The notes: generated by a model from the sequence alone, not told the origin. A stretch of 32,000 nucleotides of DNA from Ferroglobus placidus DSM 10642 (GCF_000025505.1 NC_013849.1:960001-992000); one strand, 5' to 3'; shown: positions 15,918 to 25,844, counted from the stretch's first letter. A program made the numbers and translations.

Positions 15918-17083
15918 TGTGTATGCCTTACATGGATTACGTTTCGGGCTGTCCTGTGGATGAAAGAGTTATCGAAGCTATGCTCCCCTACTTTAAGCAT
16001 CCCGGAAACCCTTCATCAATTCACTCGGTAGGATTGGAGGCAAGAAATGCTATGGAAGAGGCGAGAGGAAAAGTCGCTTCTCTCATAAACGCCGACTCAA
16101 GCGAGATAGTTTTTACGAGCGGAGCGACGGAATCGAACAACCTCGCCATAATAGGATACGCGACGAGGAACAAAAGTAAAGGCAAACACATAATCGTAAG
16201 TGCTATAGAGCACATTTCAGTTATAAATTGCGCAAAGTTTCTTCAAAAAAACGGATTCGAAGTGGATTACGCTCCCGTCGACAGCTACGGGAAGGTAAAG
16301 CTCGATGAGCTCGAAAATCTTGTTAGAGAAGATACGATTCTCGTTTCAATACAGCACGCCAACCCCGAAATCGGAACGATTCAGGATATCGAAAAGATCA
16401 GAGATGCTATAAAAGATGTTACTCTACACGTCGACGCCACAGCGAGTTTGGGAAAGATAGAAGTAAACGTGGAAAAACTTGGCGCCGACATGCTCACAAT
16501 TTCTTCAAACGACATATATGGTCCGAGAGGAGTCGGAGCTCTCTACATAAGGAAGGGCGTAAGAGTTAACCCCGTAATACTCGGAGGAGGTCAAGAGAGG
16601 GGACTAAGAGGAGGTACTGAGAACGTTGCAGCTATAGTTGGATTTGGTAGGGCGGCTGAAATTACGATGGAGGAGTGGAAGAGCGAAGCTGAAAGGCTTA
16701 AAAAGATGAGGGATCGGCTTATAGAAGGTCTGCTAAAGATAGAGGACACGTTCCTCAACGGGCATCCTACTGAAAGATTGCCCAACAACGCTTCGGTGAG
16801 GTTCAGCTACATAGAAGGGGAGTCGATAATTCTCAGCCTCGACATGGAGGGGATTCAAGCCTCTACAGGCTCAGCATGTACATCCAAAACTCTTCAGCCA
16901 TCTCACGTCCTCATGGCAATAGGCTTAAAGCACGAAGAAGCTCACGGGAGCGTTGTTTTCAGCCTTGGAAGGTGGAATAAAGAGGAAGATGTCGACTACG
17001 TCCTCGAAAAGCTTCCACCGATAATAGAGAGGCTCAGAATGATGTCCCCCTTATACTTAAAAAAGAAGAAGGGAGGTGGTTAG
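15914..17083 (+). CDS. iscS: IscS/NifS-like class V aminotransferase-fold protein lacking the PLP-binding lysine
   Basis: [16 protein letters not shown] and the catalytic-loop STGSACTS are present. The SGHK(IYGPKG) lysine motif reads SSND(IYGPRG) instead. The start is ambiguous: GTG 15914, or ATG at 15917, 15923 or 15932. Confidence 0.9.
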   Translation: MMCMPYMDYVSGCPVDERVIEAMLPYFKHPGNPSSIHSVGLEARNAMEEARGKVASLINADSSEIVFTSGATESNNLAIIGYATRNKSKGKHIIVSAIEHISVINCAKFLQKNGFEVDYAPVDSYGKVKLDELENLVREDTILVSIQHANPEIGTIQDIEKIRDAIKDVTLHVDATASLGKIEVNVEKLGADMLTISSNDIYGPRGVGALYIRKGVRVNPVILGGGQERGLRGGTENVAAIVGFGRAAEITMEEWKSEAERLKKMRDRLIEGLLKIEDTFLNGHPTERLPNNASVRFSYIEGESIILSLDMEGIQASTGSACTSKTLQPSHVLMAIGLKHEEAHGSVVFSLGRWNKEEDVDYVLEKLPPIIERLRMMSPLYLKKKKGGG

Positions 17084-17084
17084 T

Positions 17085-17528
17085 TTGTATAGCGAGAAGG
17101 TAATGGAGCATTTCAGAAATCCGCGAAATGTTGGAGTTATCGAAGACGCTGACGGCGTTGGAACCGTCGGCAATCCGGTTTGCGGAGATATGATGACCAT
17201 CTACATCAAAGTCAAGGACGATAAAATAGTGGACATAAAATTCCAAACATTCGGTTGTGCGGCGGCAATAGCAACAAGCAGCATGGCTACAGAGCTTGCG
17301 AAGGGAAAGACGCTTGAAGAGGCTTTAAAAATTACGAAGAAAACAGTGGCTGAGGCTTTAGGAGGTTTACCTCCTCAGAAGATGCACTGCTCGAATCTTG
17401 CAGCGGAAGCTTTGAAAAGAGCTATAGCAGACTACTTGAAAAAGCAGGGGAGAATTGACGAGCTGAAAAGACTGGGACTGGATAAGCTGAGTGAAGAGGA
17501 GCATGAGGAAGAAGTTTGCGAAGTTTGA
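17085..17528 (+). CDS. iscU: IscU/NifU-like Fe-S cluster scaffold
   Basis: GNPVCGDMM, FGCAAAIATSS and HCSNLA supply the three cluster cysteines. The likely TTG start at 17085 gives MYSEKVMEHF, with GGAGGTGG 6 nt upstream. The track uses GTG 17076. Confidence 0.9.
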   Translation: MYSEKVMEHFRNPRNVGVIEDADGVGTVGNPVCGDMMTIYIKVKDDKIVDIKFQTFGCAAAIATSSMATELAKGKTLEEALKITKKTVAEALGGLPPQKMHCSNLAAEALKRAIADYLKKQGRIDELKRLGLDKLSEEEHEEEVCEV

Positions 17529-17540
17529 ATTACCGAAACT

Positions 17541-17548
17541 TTTTTAAT
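17541..17548 (+). promoter_or_regulatory. TATA box for tRNA-Gly
   Basis: tttttaat lies 24 nt upstream of the tRNA 5' end. Confidence 0.45.
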
Positions 17549-17572
17549 CATACTTTTTAGACTCTAAATCAG

Positions 17573-17643
17573 GCGCGGGTAGTCTAGTGGTAGGACAACG
17601 GCCTTCCGAGCCGTTAGCCCGGGTTCGAATCCCGGCCCGCGCA
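17573..17643 (+). tRNA. tRNA-Gly (anticodon UCC)
   Basis: Cloverleaf folded by hand. Acceptor GCGCGGG/CCCGCGC with discriminator A. Anticodon arm ACGGC-CTTCCGA-GCCGT. T-arm CCGGG-TTCGAAT-CCCGG. Confidence 0.95.
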
Positions 17644-17667
17644 TATCTTGCGTAACGTCAGCTCTTG

Positions 17668-17680
17668 TTCTTTTTCTTTT
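17668..17680 (+). terminator. Oligo-T tract downstream of tRNA-Gly (archaeal-type terminator)
   Basis: ttctttttctttt lies 25 nt after the tRNA 3' end. Confidence 0.35.
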
Positions 17681-17760
17681 AATTAAAACGAATTAGTAAG
17701 CTCAAACGAGTCTTTCATCCGTAAAGTTCATGTACGGAGGAAAGAGTTAAAGACTTTCAA

Positions 17761-19344
17761 ATGATTTTTAAAAGCTTGGACGGAAAGAGCTACGGAGCAT
17801 ATAAGAAGTTTTTGAGAGATGAAATCTTTTCCTTCGAAAACTTTTACTTTAAATTCACAAGAATTCAATCCGATCCGTACGCTCCTCCCTCCGTTGTCGA
17901 AGCAGTTTGCGACCACGAATTTTCGAAGGAGGTTGTAAAAAATAAGAATCCTTCGGAAGACTTCATCTACAGACATCTTTATTCTTCCCTGAAAAAGAGG
18001 AGTAAAAAGAGCGGAAGCGGAAACAGCGGGTATCTTGGCGTACCTAAACCGAGTAACTGCATTCTAAAGAGGAGTGCCGTCGAGTTTAAAGGCAAAAAGC
18101 TGATTCTTCGGTTTTTTGTAGGGCTCCCAGCTAAAGGGAGGAGAATAGACGGAAAAGAGGCTGAAAGAATTTTGAAGATAAGAATTCCAAAAGCTATAAG
18201 CGAAGTTCTCTCGATAAGCGAGGACTCTATTTTAGAGCAAGTAATGCTTTACAACGATCAGCAGCACATCAGAGAAGTCTTGAAGGAGAGAAATGCTGTG
18301 GCGTTTATAGCCGAGGGGAGCATACTTCCGAGGAGGGACAGTCTCTCCGAAGAGCCGATGAAAGGTGCGAAACCGTTCAGGTGTCAAGAAAGCGAGAGCC
18401 TGGAACTTCCGAGTGGAAAAGTTGTGAGAGGTTTGTTCATTCCTCAAGGCTTGACTGTAATAACCGGCGGCGCCTACCACGGAAAAACTACGATGCTTGA
18501 GGCGATACAGAGGGGAATATACAACCACGTTAGGGGAGACGGAAGAGAATTCGTCGTAGCGAGAGATTGCATTTTAATTTTCGCAGAAGACGGAAGATTC
18601 GTTAATAGCGTTGACATCTCAACTTTCATCGATAAATTGCCCTCTGGAGAGAATACGAGGTTTTTCTCTTCAAAAGACGCGAGCGGCTCGACAAGCATGG
18701 CATCAAGCATAGCTGAGGCTATAGAAGCTGGATTCGAAGCGATGCTCATCGATGAAGATACAAGCGCAACCAACTTGCTTTACAAAGACGAGGTCATGGA
18801 GAAGCTGATTAGAAAAGATCCGATAAAGCCTCTCTGCAACCAAATCAAAAGCATGATAGAGAAAACTGGTGTTAGCGTAATTCTTGTCTCCGGAGCCTCC
18901 TCAACGTACTTGCCCCTGGCAGACAAAATACTTTTAGTGGAGGAGTACGAGCCAAAAGCTCTGAAAGTTTCGTTTAGATCTAAGGCGGAAAAAGTGGAAT
19001 TCAAAGTGCCAAGGGAAAGAACCTTTCTCGGAATAAAAGGTTTGGGAAGAGTTAAAGTCAAAGGATTCCGAATAGTCCTCGAAATTTCAAACAGAAAATA
19101 CGAAATAGATCTATCAAAGAATCCAAGAATTGTGGAGGAAGGGCAGGTGAAGCTTATAGCGAGGGGAATAGAAAGGTTTGGAAGGGAAAAGACTAAAGCG
19201 AAAAAACTTGCAGAAAAGTTCAACGAAGCTTTAAAAGAAAAAGGCTTTGAGTTCTTTAAAAAGCCGGTCACTCCGGATTTAGCTGAAGTTGACGGAAAAG
19301 ACTTTCTATGGACTCTCAACAGGCTTCCAGCGGATTTCGGTTAA
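17761..19344 (+). CDS. Predicted ATPase of the ABC class (COG3044 / ABC_ATPase family), function unknown
   Basis: VITGGAYHGKTTMLEAIQRGIYNHVRGDGRE (Walker A in the family-typical context) and MLIDEDTSATNLL (Walker B-like). Confidence 0.75.
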   Translation: MIFKSLDGKSYGAYKKFLRDEIFSFENFYFKFTRIQSDPYAPPSVVEAVCDHEFSKEVVKNKNPSEDFIYRHLYSSLKKRSKKSGSGNSGYLGVPKPSNCILKRSAVEFKGKKLILRFFVGLPAKGRRIDGKEAERILKIRIPKAISEVLSISEDSILEQVMLYNDQQHIREVLKERNAVAFIAEGSILPRRDSLSEEPMKGAKPFRCQESESLELPSGKVVRGLFIPQGLTVITGGAYHGKTTMLEAIQRGIYNHVRGDGREFVVARDCILIFAEDGRFVNSVDISTFIDKLPSGENTRFFSSKDASGSTSMASSIAEAIEAGFEAMLIDEDTSATNLLYKDEVMEKLIRKDPIKPLCNQIKSMIEKTGVSVILVSGASSTYLPLADKILLVEEYEPKALKVSFRSKAEKVEFKVPRERTFLGIKGLGRVKVKGFRIVLEISNRKYEIDLSKNPRIVEEGQVKLIARGIERFGREKTKAKKLAEKFNEALKEKGFEFFKKPVTPDLAEVDGKDFLWTLNRLPADFG

Positions 19345-19374
19345 ATTTTTAAATCGTGAAATTATTCTAAAACT

Positions 19375-21126
19375 GTGGAAATTAGACCGCCCTTACTTCT
19401 CAGACACCTCTTGATTCTTTCGATAATTGTCGGGATTTTCTCCGGCTTAGCAGCCTTTGTCTTCTTCCTAATGCTTGACGTTTCCTCCGAATTTTTCTTT
19501 GAAGTTCTTGACTCCTTCAATCCACCAGCTCCGAAAGGGGAAACGAGCTTGGACTTCTTCAGCGTAAAGCTCGGCATATTTCCCCTATGGATCCTCCCGG
19601 CAATAGGTGGTTTGCTGAGCGGAGTGATAGTTTACAAGCTCGCTCCAGAAGCTGAGGGACACGGGACAGATGCAGTAATAAGAGCCTTTCACAGGCTGAG
19701 AGGAAAGGTTAGGTGGAGAGTTCCATTTGTGAAGGCTGTTGCTTCGGCAATAACGATAGGAAGTGGAGGAAGTGCCGGAAGAGAAGGACCGATAGCGCAA
19801 ATAGGTTCTGGAGTTGGAGCAATTTTGGCTGATATCTTAAAGCTTTCCGACAAAGACAGGAGAATTTTACTCGTTTGCGGAGTTGCCGGAGGGATAGGAA
19901 GTATTTTCAGAGCTCCCTTCGGAGGAGCTTTGTTCGGAGTTGAGGTGCTGTATAAAAGAGATGCGGAGCTCGACGCTATAATCCCCGCTTTCGTGTCATC
20001 AATAACCGCTTTTACCGTTTTCGAAGTTTTGATGAGCCACGTTACGGAGTTAAAATTTGCGTCAACCCCAATTTTCATAGCAACAGACGTGGGTTTGCAA
20101 AGTCCGGTAGAGCTTTTCTTCCACTCACTAACGGGAATTCTGGCTGCGGGGGTTGCGATAGCTTACGTTAAATGCTTTTACTCGATCCACAATCTTTTCA
20201 GGAGGTTAAAAGCACCGAACATTCTTAAACCCTTCGTAGGCGGGATAATCACCGGAGCTATAGGTGTTTTCGTTCCTCAGGCTTTGGGAATGAGCTACGG
20301 ATACGTTCAGCTTGCAATAGACGGAAAGCTCGTGATGAGCGTCGCTTTGCTAATCCTCTTCGGAAAGATCTTGGCAACGTCCTTTACAGTTGGTAGCGGA
20401 GGTAGTGGAGGAGTTTTCGCTCCTTCTATAGTCATAGGAAGCATGCTCGGAGCCGTTGTGGGAGATTTGGCGAGCAACTTCGCCATCACCGGAGCGAAAT
20501 CTAATTTCGTTCTCGTAGGTATGTCCGCATTTATTTCCGCCGTAGCTAAAACACCATTAGCTTCAATCATGATGGTTCTTGAGATGACCGGAAGCTACAA
20601 GCTCCTTCCAGCTCTGATGCTCGCTTCGACACTCTCCTACTATTTAAGCGGTGACGTTTCCATCTACAGCGAGCAAGTTAATTCGAGGGTGGAATCTCCG
20701 GCTCACAGAAGGGAGATGACCGTCGATGTTCTCGAAAACATAAAAGTAAAAGAGGCTATGACTCCAGCAGACAAAGTTATGACACTCTCTCCGAAAAACA
20801 CGATCTCAGACGTTCTGCTGGCAATAAACTCCACCGGACACCTCGGCTATCCAGTTGTGGAAAACGGAAAACTCGTAGGAATTATAACCCTTGAAGACGT
20901 TTTGCGAGTTCCAGAGGAGAAAAGAGATAGCGTGAAGGTTGAAGAAGTCATGACGAAAGAAGTGATTACGATTTCTCCTGAGGCATCTCTGGAAGACGCT
21001 TTACGACTTCTTGAAAAATACAAAATTGGAAGGCTGCCGGTCGTTGAAGACTCGAAGCTCGTAGGATTGATAACGAGGTCGGATATTATCAGAGCCCACG
21101 CGAAGGCGATTTCCAGTATTTCTTAA
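19375..21126 (+). CDS. ClC-family chloride channel/antiporter with C-terminal CBS pair
   Basis: GSGGSAGREGP, GIFRAPFGGALFGVE and GGSGGVFAPS selectivity motifs. Two CBS repeats are present (VKEAMT...GYPVVENGKLVGIIT and VEEVMT...GRLPVVEDSKLVGLIT). A GTG start is needed to include the first TM helix. Confidence 0.9.
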   Translation: MEIRPPLLLRHLLILSIIVGIFSGLAAFVFFLMLDVSSEFFFEVLDSFNPPAPKGETSLDFFSVKLGIFPLWILPAIGGLLSGVIVYKLAPEAEGHGTDAVIRAFHRLRGKVRWRVPFVKAVASAITIGSGGSAGREGPIAQIGSGVGAILADILKLSDKDRRILLVCGVAGGIGSIFRAPFGGALFGVEVLYKRDAELDAIIPAFVSSITAFTVFEVLMSHVTELKFASTPIFIATDVGLQSPVELFFHSLTGILAAGVAIAYVKCFYSIHNLFRRLKAPNILKPFVGGIITGAIGVFVPQALGMSYGYVQLAIDGKLVMSVALLILFGKILATSFTVGSGGSGGVFAPSIVIGSMLGAVVGDLASNFAITGAKSNFVLVGMSAFISAVAKTPLASIMMVLEMTGSYKLLPALMLASTLSYYLSGDVSIYSEQVNSRVESPAHRREMTVDVLENIKVKEAMTPADKVMTLSPKNTISDVLLAINSTGHLGYPVVENGKLVGIITLEDVLRVPEEKRDSVKVEEVMTKEVITISPEASLEDALRLLEKYKIGRLPVVEDSKLVGLITRSDIIRAHAKAISSIS

Positions 21127-22309
21127 GCACTTCCAGCGCCACGAGACTCTCGCCACTAAGAAATCTTATGCTCGCTCCCCCTCCGGTGGAAATGTGGTCT
21201 ATTTTCCTCGCTATTCCGAAGAGCCTTGCTGCCGTAGCTATGTGACCACCACCAACGACGGAATAGCCTGCTTTAGCCACAGCCTTTAAAACTTCCGCCG
21301 TACCTGTTGCGAAAGCTTCTTCCTCGAAAACTCCAGCGGGACCGTTTATAACAGCTATGTCGTACTTTGGAATTTCCTCAGCAAGCATCGAGATTGTTTC
21401 GAATCCTATGTCCTTTATCATCCCTCCTTTGAACTCTTCAAGCTTCACGTCCTCCCTCTCGCCGTTCGCATCAATCGCAACGTCAACGGGGAGAATTATC
21501 TTGTCCTTATACTTTTCAAGGAGCTTCTTCATCTCCTCATCATTCACTCCGTCCTTGTTCTCCTCTATAATTTTCTCGTTCTCCTCCCCAAGCTTGAATC
21601 CTGAAAGCTTTAAGAAGTAGTTCGCCACAACTCCGGTCAAAGCGACCTTATCTGCTATTCCGTTCTCAAGGACGTTTTTCAAAACCTTAACAGAATCCTC
21701 TATTTTCGCTCCTCCGAGAATGAATATTTTTCTTCCTTCACTCCTCAAAGCTTTCGATAAAGCTTTGACTTCCTTTTCAACAAGCCTTCCAGCCACGGAC
21801 GGCATTACGGGAGGAAAGCCGATTAAACTTGCGTGAGGTCTGTGAGAGGCTGAAAAAGCGTCGTTAACATAAAGATCGAAGAGGGGAGCAAGCTTTCTAA
21901 CCATTATGCAGTTAGCGTGCTCTTCAGGAGACCTTTTGAGCTGTTCTTCGGAGTAAAACCTGACGTTTTCGAGAAGAACAATTTCTCCAGGTTTCAACCT
22001 CTTAACTCTTTTTATTACGCACGAAGAGAAGATCTCGTCGAGATACTCAACTTCCCTTCCAACTATTCTCTCAAGAACTTCCGCATGAGCTTCGAGGGTC
22101 GTGAAATCATCCTTACCCGGACGACTTTGGTGAGCTAATATTGCCACGGCAGAATTTTCCAGCTCTTTTAGGGTTTCGTAGTGACTTTCAAACCTCGTCG
22201 TGTCGAGGATCCTTGATTCCACAATGGGAGAGTTTATGTCGACCCTGAGAAGAACCTTCTTTCCAGAATACTGAATGTCGTCAAGAGTAGGGATTCCGTC
22301 TAACATCAA
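21089..22309 (-). CDS. pgk: Phosphoglycerate kinase
   Basis: KKVLLRVDINSP, FSASHR and STGGGA motifs at archaeal Pgk length. Confidence 0.95.
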   Translation of the reverse strand: MMLDGIPTLDDIQYSGKKVLLRVDINSPIVESRILDTTRFESHYETLKELENSAVAILAHQSRPGKDDFTTLEAHAEVLERIVGREVEYLDEIFSSCVIKRVKRLKPGEIVLLENVRFYSEEQLKRSPEEHANCIMVRKLAPLFDLYVNDAFSASHRPHASLIGFPPVMPSVAGRLVEKEVKALSKALRSEGRKIFILGGAKIEDSVKVLKNVLENGIADKVALTGVVANYFLKLSGFKLGEENEKIIEENKDGVNDEEMKKLLEKYKDKIILPVDVAIDANGEREDVKLEEFKGGMIKDIGFETISMLAEEIPKYDIAVINGPAGVFEEEAFATGTAEVLKAVAKAGYSVVGGGHIATAARLFGIARKIDHISTGGGASIRFLSGESLVALEVLKKYWKSPSRGL

Positions 22310-22339
22310 GTGGAAAATAAAAAAGAGTGTTATTAAAGC

Positions 22340-22612
22340 TTACTCCTTTTTAGCCAGAACGATTTCTATAGCCGAGATGTTCGCCTCTCCCTGCTCGCTC
22401 TCAACCTTCTCGGTGGAGATCTTTATGTCCTTCACGTCCACGTCAGGGAGAAATCTCTTCCTCACTATTTCCGCTACGTCAACTGCTCTGCTTATGGCTC
22501 TCCCTCTCGCTTTAATTGCAACTTCCTTCGCTCCGCTGTTGAATTGCGTCAAAACAGCCAAAACGTAGTTCATTACAGGCTTGTTCCCAACAAACACAGC
22601 ATTTTCTGCCAC
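22340..22612 (-). CDS. albA: DNA/RNA-binding protein Alba
   Basis: [21 protein letters not shown]...[21 protein letters not shown] is canonical Alba/Sso10b. Confidence 0.95.
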   Translation of the reverse strand: MAENAVFVGNKPVMNYVLAVLTQFNSGAKEVAIKARGRAISRAVDVAEIVRKRFLPDVDVKDIKISTEKVESEQGEANISAIEIVLAKKE

Positions 22613-22652
22613 ACTATCCCCTCCTCGTTTTTACTTAGCCGACAAGATACCA

Positions 22653-23681
22653 CTATATAATCTTTTCCTTAACGAGCAACTCAGCGTTAAGTATGCTCGC
22701 TCCAGCAGCACCCCTCACAGTGTTGTGTCCGAGAACTATGTACTTTATTCCGCTCACGTCCTTTCTAATTCTTCCTACAACGACACTCATGCCTCTTCCG
22801 GCGTTTCTGTCAAGCCTTGGCTGTGGTCGATCAGCCTCTTCTCTAATAATTATCAGCTTTTCCGGAGAAGATGGCAGATCCAAGGGTTTAAAGTTCTCAA
22901 AAGCCTCCCTAACTTCCTCAACGGTAACTTCTCTATCGAACCTCGCAAAAACAGCTTCCGTGTGTCCATCAATCACCGGAACTCTGTGGCAGGAAGCAGA
23001 AATTTTCAGATCCGCAAATCTGACTTTGTTCCCCTCAAGCTTTCCGAGAATTTTCAGTGGCTCGCTCTCGACTTTCTCCTCTTCCCCTTTTATGAAGGGT
23101 ATTATGTTGTCGGTTATGTCGAGAGAGGCTACTCCCGGGTATCCCGCTCCGCTCAAAGCCTGCATTGTAGCCACGTTAACTTCTCTCAAACCCAGATCCA
23201 TGAGAGGCTTTAGAGTTAAAGTTAGAATTATCGTCGTGCAGTTTGGATTCGTGACTATAAAACCATCCCATCCCCTGTTCTTCTTCTGAACGTCTATCAA
23301 AGCCAAGTGATCAGCGTTTATCTCCGGTATTATAAGAGGAACGTCTTCTTCCATTCTGTAGGCTGAAGCGTTGCTCGCAACGACAAAACCAGCTTCAGCG
23401 AACTTCTTCTCAACTTCTCTCGCAACGTCAGATGGTAAAGCGGAGAAAACTATGTCGGCGTCAAACTCCTTCGGATCCATCGGCAAAAGTTCGAGATCTC
23501 TTACTTCCTTCGGAACGTCTTGAGAAACTATCCATCTCACCTCTTCACCGTACTTCTTACCGATTCTTCGCTCGCTCGCAGCTAAGCTCGTAATTTTAAA
23601 CCACGGGTGCTCCGATAAAAGTTCGATGAATTTCTGTCCGACCATCCCCGTCGCTCCGAGAATTCCTACTTTGAGCTTCAT
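22653..23681 (-). CDS. asd: Aspartate-semialdehyde dehydrogenase
   Basis: [12 protein letters not shown] Rossmann motif, active-site NPNCTT and [11 protein letters not shown]. Confidence 0.9.
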   Translation of the reverse strand: MKLKVGILGATGMVGQKFIELLSEHPWFKITSLAASERRIGKKYGEEVRWIVSQDVPKEVRDLELLPMDPKEFDADIVFSALPSDVAREVEKKFAEAGFVVASNASAYRMEEDVPLIIPEINADHLALIDVQKKNRGWDGFIVTNPNCTTIILTLTLKPLMDLGLREVNVATMQALSGAGYPGVASLDITDNIIPFIKGEEEKVESEPLKILGKLEGNKVRFADLKISASCHRVPVIDGHTEAVFARFDREVTVEEVREAFENFKPLDLPSSPEKLIIIREEADRPQPRLDRNAGRGMSVVVGRIRKDVSGIKYIVLGHNTVRGAAGASILNAELLVKEKII

Positions 23682-23719
23682 GCTTGAAAGAAAGCTGGCG
23701 TGTTTAAAACATTAACCTT

Positions 23720-24808
23720 TCAGAATTTCGCGAAAAGATAGACGAAAGCTGAGATTAAGGAGAGAATCGATGCAAAAATGAAAGCTGCGTCGAGGCTGAA
23801 CAGTTCGGCTAAAGCTCCGGCTATGACATTTCCAACAACTATCGCAGTTCCAAAGCTCAAGTGATACGCTCCAAGTCCGAATCCCTGAGATTTGGATAAA
23901 TCGGAAGCTAAAGCCCTCTGCTGAGCCTCGCTTACGCTCATGAAAATTCCGTAGAGAATGAATGCAACAACAAAGAAAAGGGGATTTTTGAGAGTCATTA
24001 GGAAGAGAGATGCTGAGAAGACGAGATAAGAGAAGCCAACAACCTTGCTCTTTCCGAACTTATCCGCCAGTATACCGGCTGGATAGGAGTAGAGAGAATA
24101 AACTACATTAAATAATAAATATAATAGGAAGGCTACTTCAACACTTATTACCGAAGCTCTTATCAAAAAGAACATGTAACTCAGATGACACAATCCGGAA
24201 AGAAAAGCCACAAATAAGTACTTTTTCAGCTTCACTCCAACTTCCACCTTTTTAGGGGCGAATTCTCCGGTGTCTCTAACGAAGAAAATTGGGATTACAG
24301 CAAAAAACCCTATTGCTGCTGCAACAAGAATAGGCGTTTGGAAGTTCTTCAGAGATGTGTAGAGGAGTATAGCGATTAAAGTTCCGACCACAGCTCCAGC
24401 CGTGTCCATCGCTCTATGGAAGCCGAAGGCTTTTCCTCTCTCCTTGGAAGATTCGGCAATTATCGCATCCCTCGGAGAAGTTCTTATCCCCTTTCCGATT
24501 CTGTCCAAAATAACGAATCCCGAAACCTCTCCAGTTGATGAAGAAATGCCTATTCCGAGTTTTGAAATTTGGGAAAGGAGGTATCCTAAAAACACCAGCG
24601 GCTTTCTCCTCCTGAATACATCGGAGAGGTATCCTGAGAAAAGCTTTACAACGTTCCCAAAACCATCCAGCAATCCTCCGACGATGCCTATTCCGAGGGC
24701 TGTGGCGTTCATGCTCTTAAGGAAGAAGGGTAAAAGAGGGTGAATTATCTCGCTGCTTAAGTCGTTCAGAAAACTAACTATGCCGAGCAGCGTTATGTTC
24801 CTCTTCAT
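23720..24808 (-). CDS. MFS transporter
   Basis: Polytopic protein with the MFS loop motif SGYLSDVFRRRKP between TM2 and TM3. Confidence 0.8.
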   Translation of the reverse strand: MKRNITLLGIVSFLNDLSSEIIHPLLPFFLKSMNATALGIGIVGGLLDGFGNVVKLFSGYLSDVFRRRKPLVFLGYLLSQISKLGIGISSSTGEVSGFVILDRIGKGIRTSPRDAIIAESSKERGKAFGFHRAMDTAGAVVGTLIAILLYTSLKNFQTPILVAAAIGFFAVIPIFFVRDTGEFAPKKVEVGVKLKKYLFVAFLSGLCHLSYMFFLIRASVISVEVAFLLYLLFNVVYSLYSYPAGILADKFGKSKVVGFSYLVFSASLFLMTLKNPLFFVVAFILYGIFMSVSEAQQRALASDLSKSQGFGLGAYHLSFGTAIVVGNVIAGALAELFSLDAAFIFASILSLISAFVYLFAKF

Positions 24809-24860
24809 TCAACAAACACCCACACTTAAGCTTTTTAATTGTGACTCTTTTGCAGATTTA

Positions 24861-25844
24861 ATGAAGCTAACAATCGACAATCCGATACTCTACCACATTC
24901 TCAAAATTCTGGCGAATTCCAACATGCCCCTCGGAGCGAAAAGCATTTCGGAAAAACTCGAAGAAAGAGGATTTCACGTGAAAAAGGAAACCGTGCAGTA
25001 TTATTTAAAGCTACTCGACGAACTCGGGCTTACGAAGAAAGTTGGGCTGGCTGGGAGAATTATATCGAAGAAGGGACTGGAAGAGGTTAAAAAAGGGATG
25101 GTTAGAGAGAGAATAGGCTCGTTCATAGAGCTTAGGGAGGAGTACGCTTACAACGCTAACTTCGATCCCTTTAAAAGAAAAGGACTCGTAAGCCTGAACA
25201 TTGGAATAATAAGAAAAAGAGATCTTGAAAAATCTCTTGAGCTGATAAAAGCGTGCATGGATGCTAAACTTGCTGTAAGCAGATTCGTAAAAATTTACGA
25301 GAGAGAGGCGGGAAACACAAAAATTCCGAAGGGGAAAGTCGGGATAGGTTTGGTCAGTACCTCAGTAGTTGACGCGGCGCTAATAGGAAGTAGAATAAGC
25401 TCCTTTCCAACATTTGCTGGGATTTTGCAGTATTCTGACTGGAAACCCCTTCGCTTTGTTCACGCAATCTCCTACTACGGCTCAACTCTCGATCCGATAG
25501 ATCTTTTCATAAGAAGCGGATTTTGCAGCGTTAAGGATGCTGTAGAAAGAGGAAACGGAAACGTTCCGGCAGATGTAAGAGAGATTCCACTTGTTTTAAG
25601 AAAAAGGGCTGTAGAAATTATCGAACAACTTGAAAAAATTGGAATAAATGGAGCAGTTTACGTAAGCGGTGCTGAAAACGATGCTCTTGGCATTCCAGTA
25701 AACAACTATAAAGCCGGAGTTGTTGTAATAGCTGGATCAACCCCGTTGGTTTATCTGAAAGAGAAGGGAATTGACGTGGAGATAAAGATTTTAGCAGCCT
25801 TTGAAAGAATCGAAAACCTTGAAGAGATAGATTCTTTAATGTAA
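24861..25844 (+). CDS. nrpR: NrpR-like regulator (wHTH plus a single NrpR regulatory domain/DUF128)
   Basis: N-terminal ILKILANSNMPLGAKSISEKLEERGFHVKKETVQYYLKLLDELGLT...GRIISKKG. DUF128-like YYGSTLDPIDLFI...GNVPADVREIP. I place the start at ATG 24861, because the track ORF start (24780) would overlap the divergent MFS gene. Confidence 0.7.
   Translation: MKLTIDNPILYHILKILANSNMPLGAKSISEKLEERGFHVKKETVQYYLKLLDELGLTKKVGLAGRIISKKGLEEVKKGMVRERIGSFIELREEYAYNANFDPFKRKGLVSLNIGIIRKRDLEKSLELIKACMDAKLAVSRFVKIYEREAGNTKIPKGKVGIGLVSTSVVDAALIGSRISSFPTFAGILQYSDWKPLRFVHAISYYGSTLDPIDLFIRSGFCSVKDAVERGNGNVPADVREIPLVLRKRAVEIIEQLEKIGINGAVYVSGAENDALGIPVNNYKAGVVVIAGSTPLVYLKEKGIDVEIKILAAFERIENLEEIDSLM

Noticed and set aside
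18232-19319. Several 98-179 aa minus-strand ORFs inside the COG3044 ATPase gene. Similar antisense ORFs occur inside the ClC, pgk, TAXI, radical SAM, hisA and MFS genes.
   Set aside because: All lie antisense to strongly supported genes. They have serine/leucine-rich low-complexity translations and lack Shine-Dalgarno or TATA context.
22581-23289. Two long plus-strand ORFs (210 and 198 aa) antisense to asd.
   Set aside because: Their translations are low-complexity and S/L/F/P-rich with no motifs. The minus-strand frame encodes a full-length, motif-complete Asd. These are shadow ORFs caused by purine-rich codon usage on the coding strand.
24780-24860. An N-terminal extension of the NrpR-like ORF in the ORF track (start at 24780).
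   Set aside because: The extension would overlap the divergent MFS gene start by 29 nt, and its sequence (MPSSVMFLFIQQTPTLKLFNCDSFADL) is not part of the wHTH. The ATG at 24861 gives the family-typical N-terminus.
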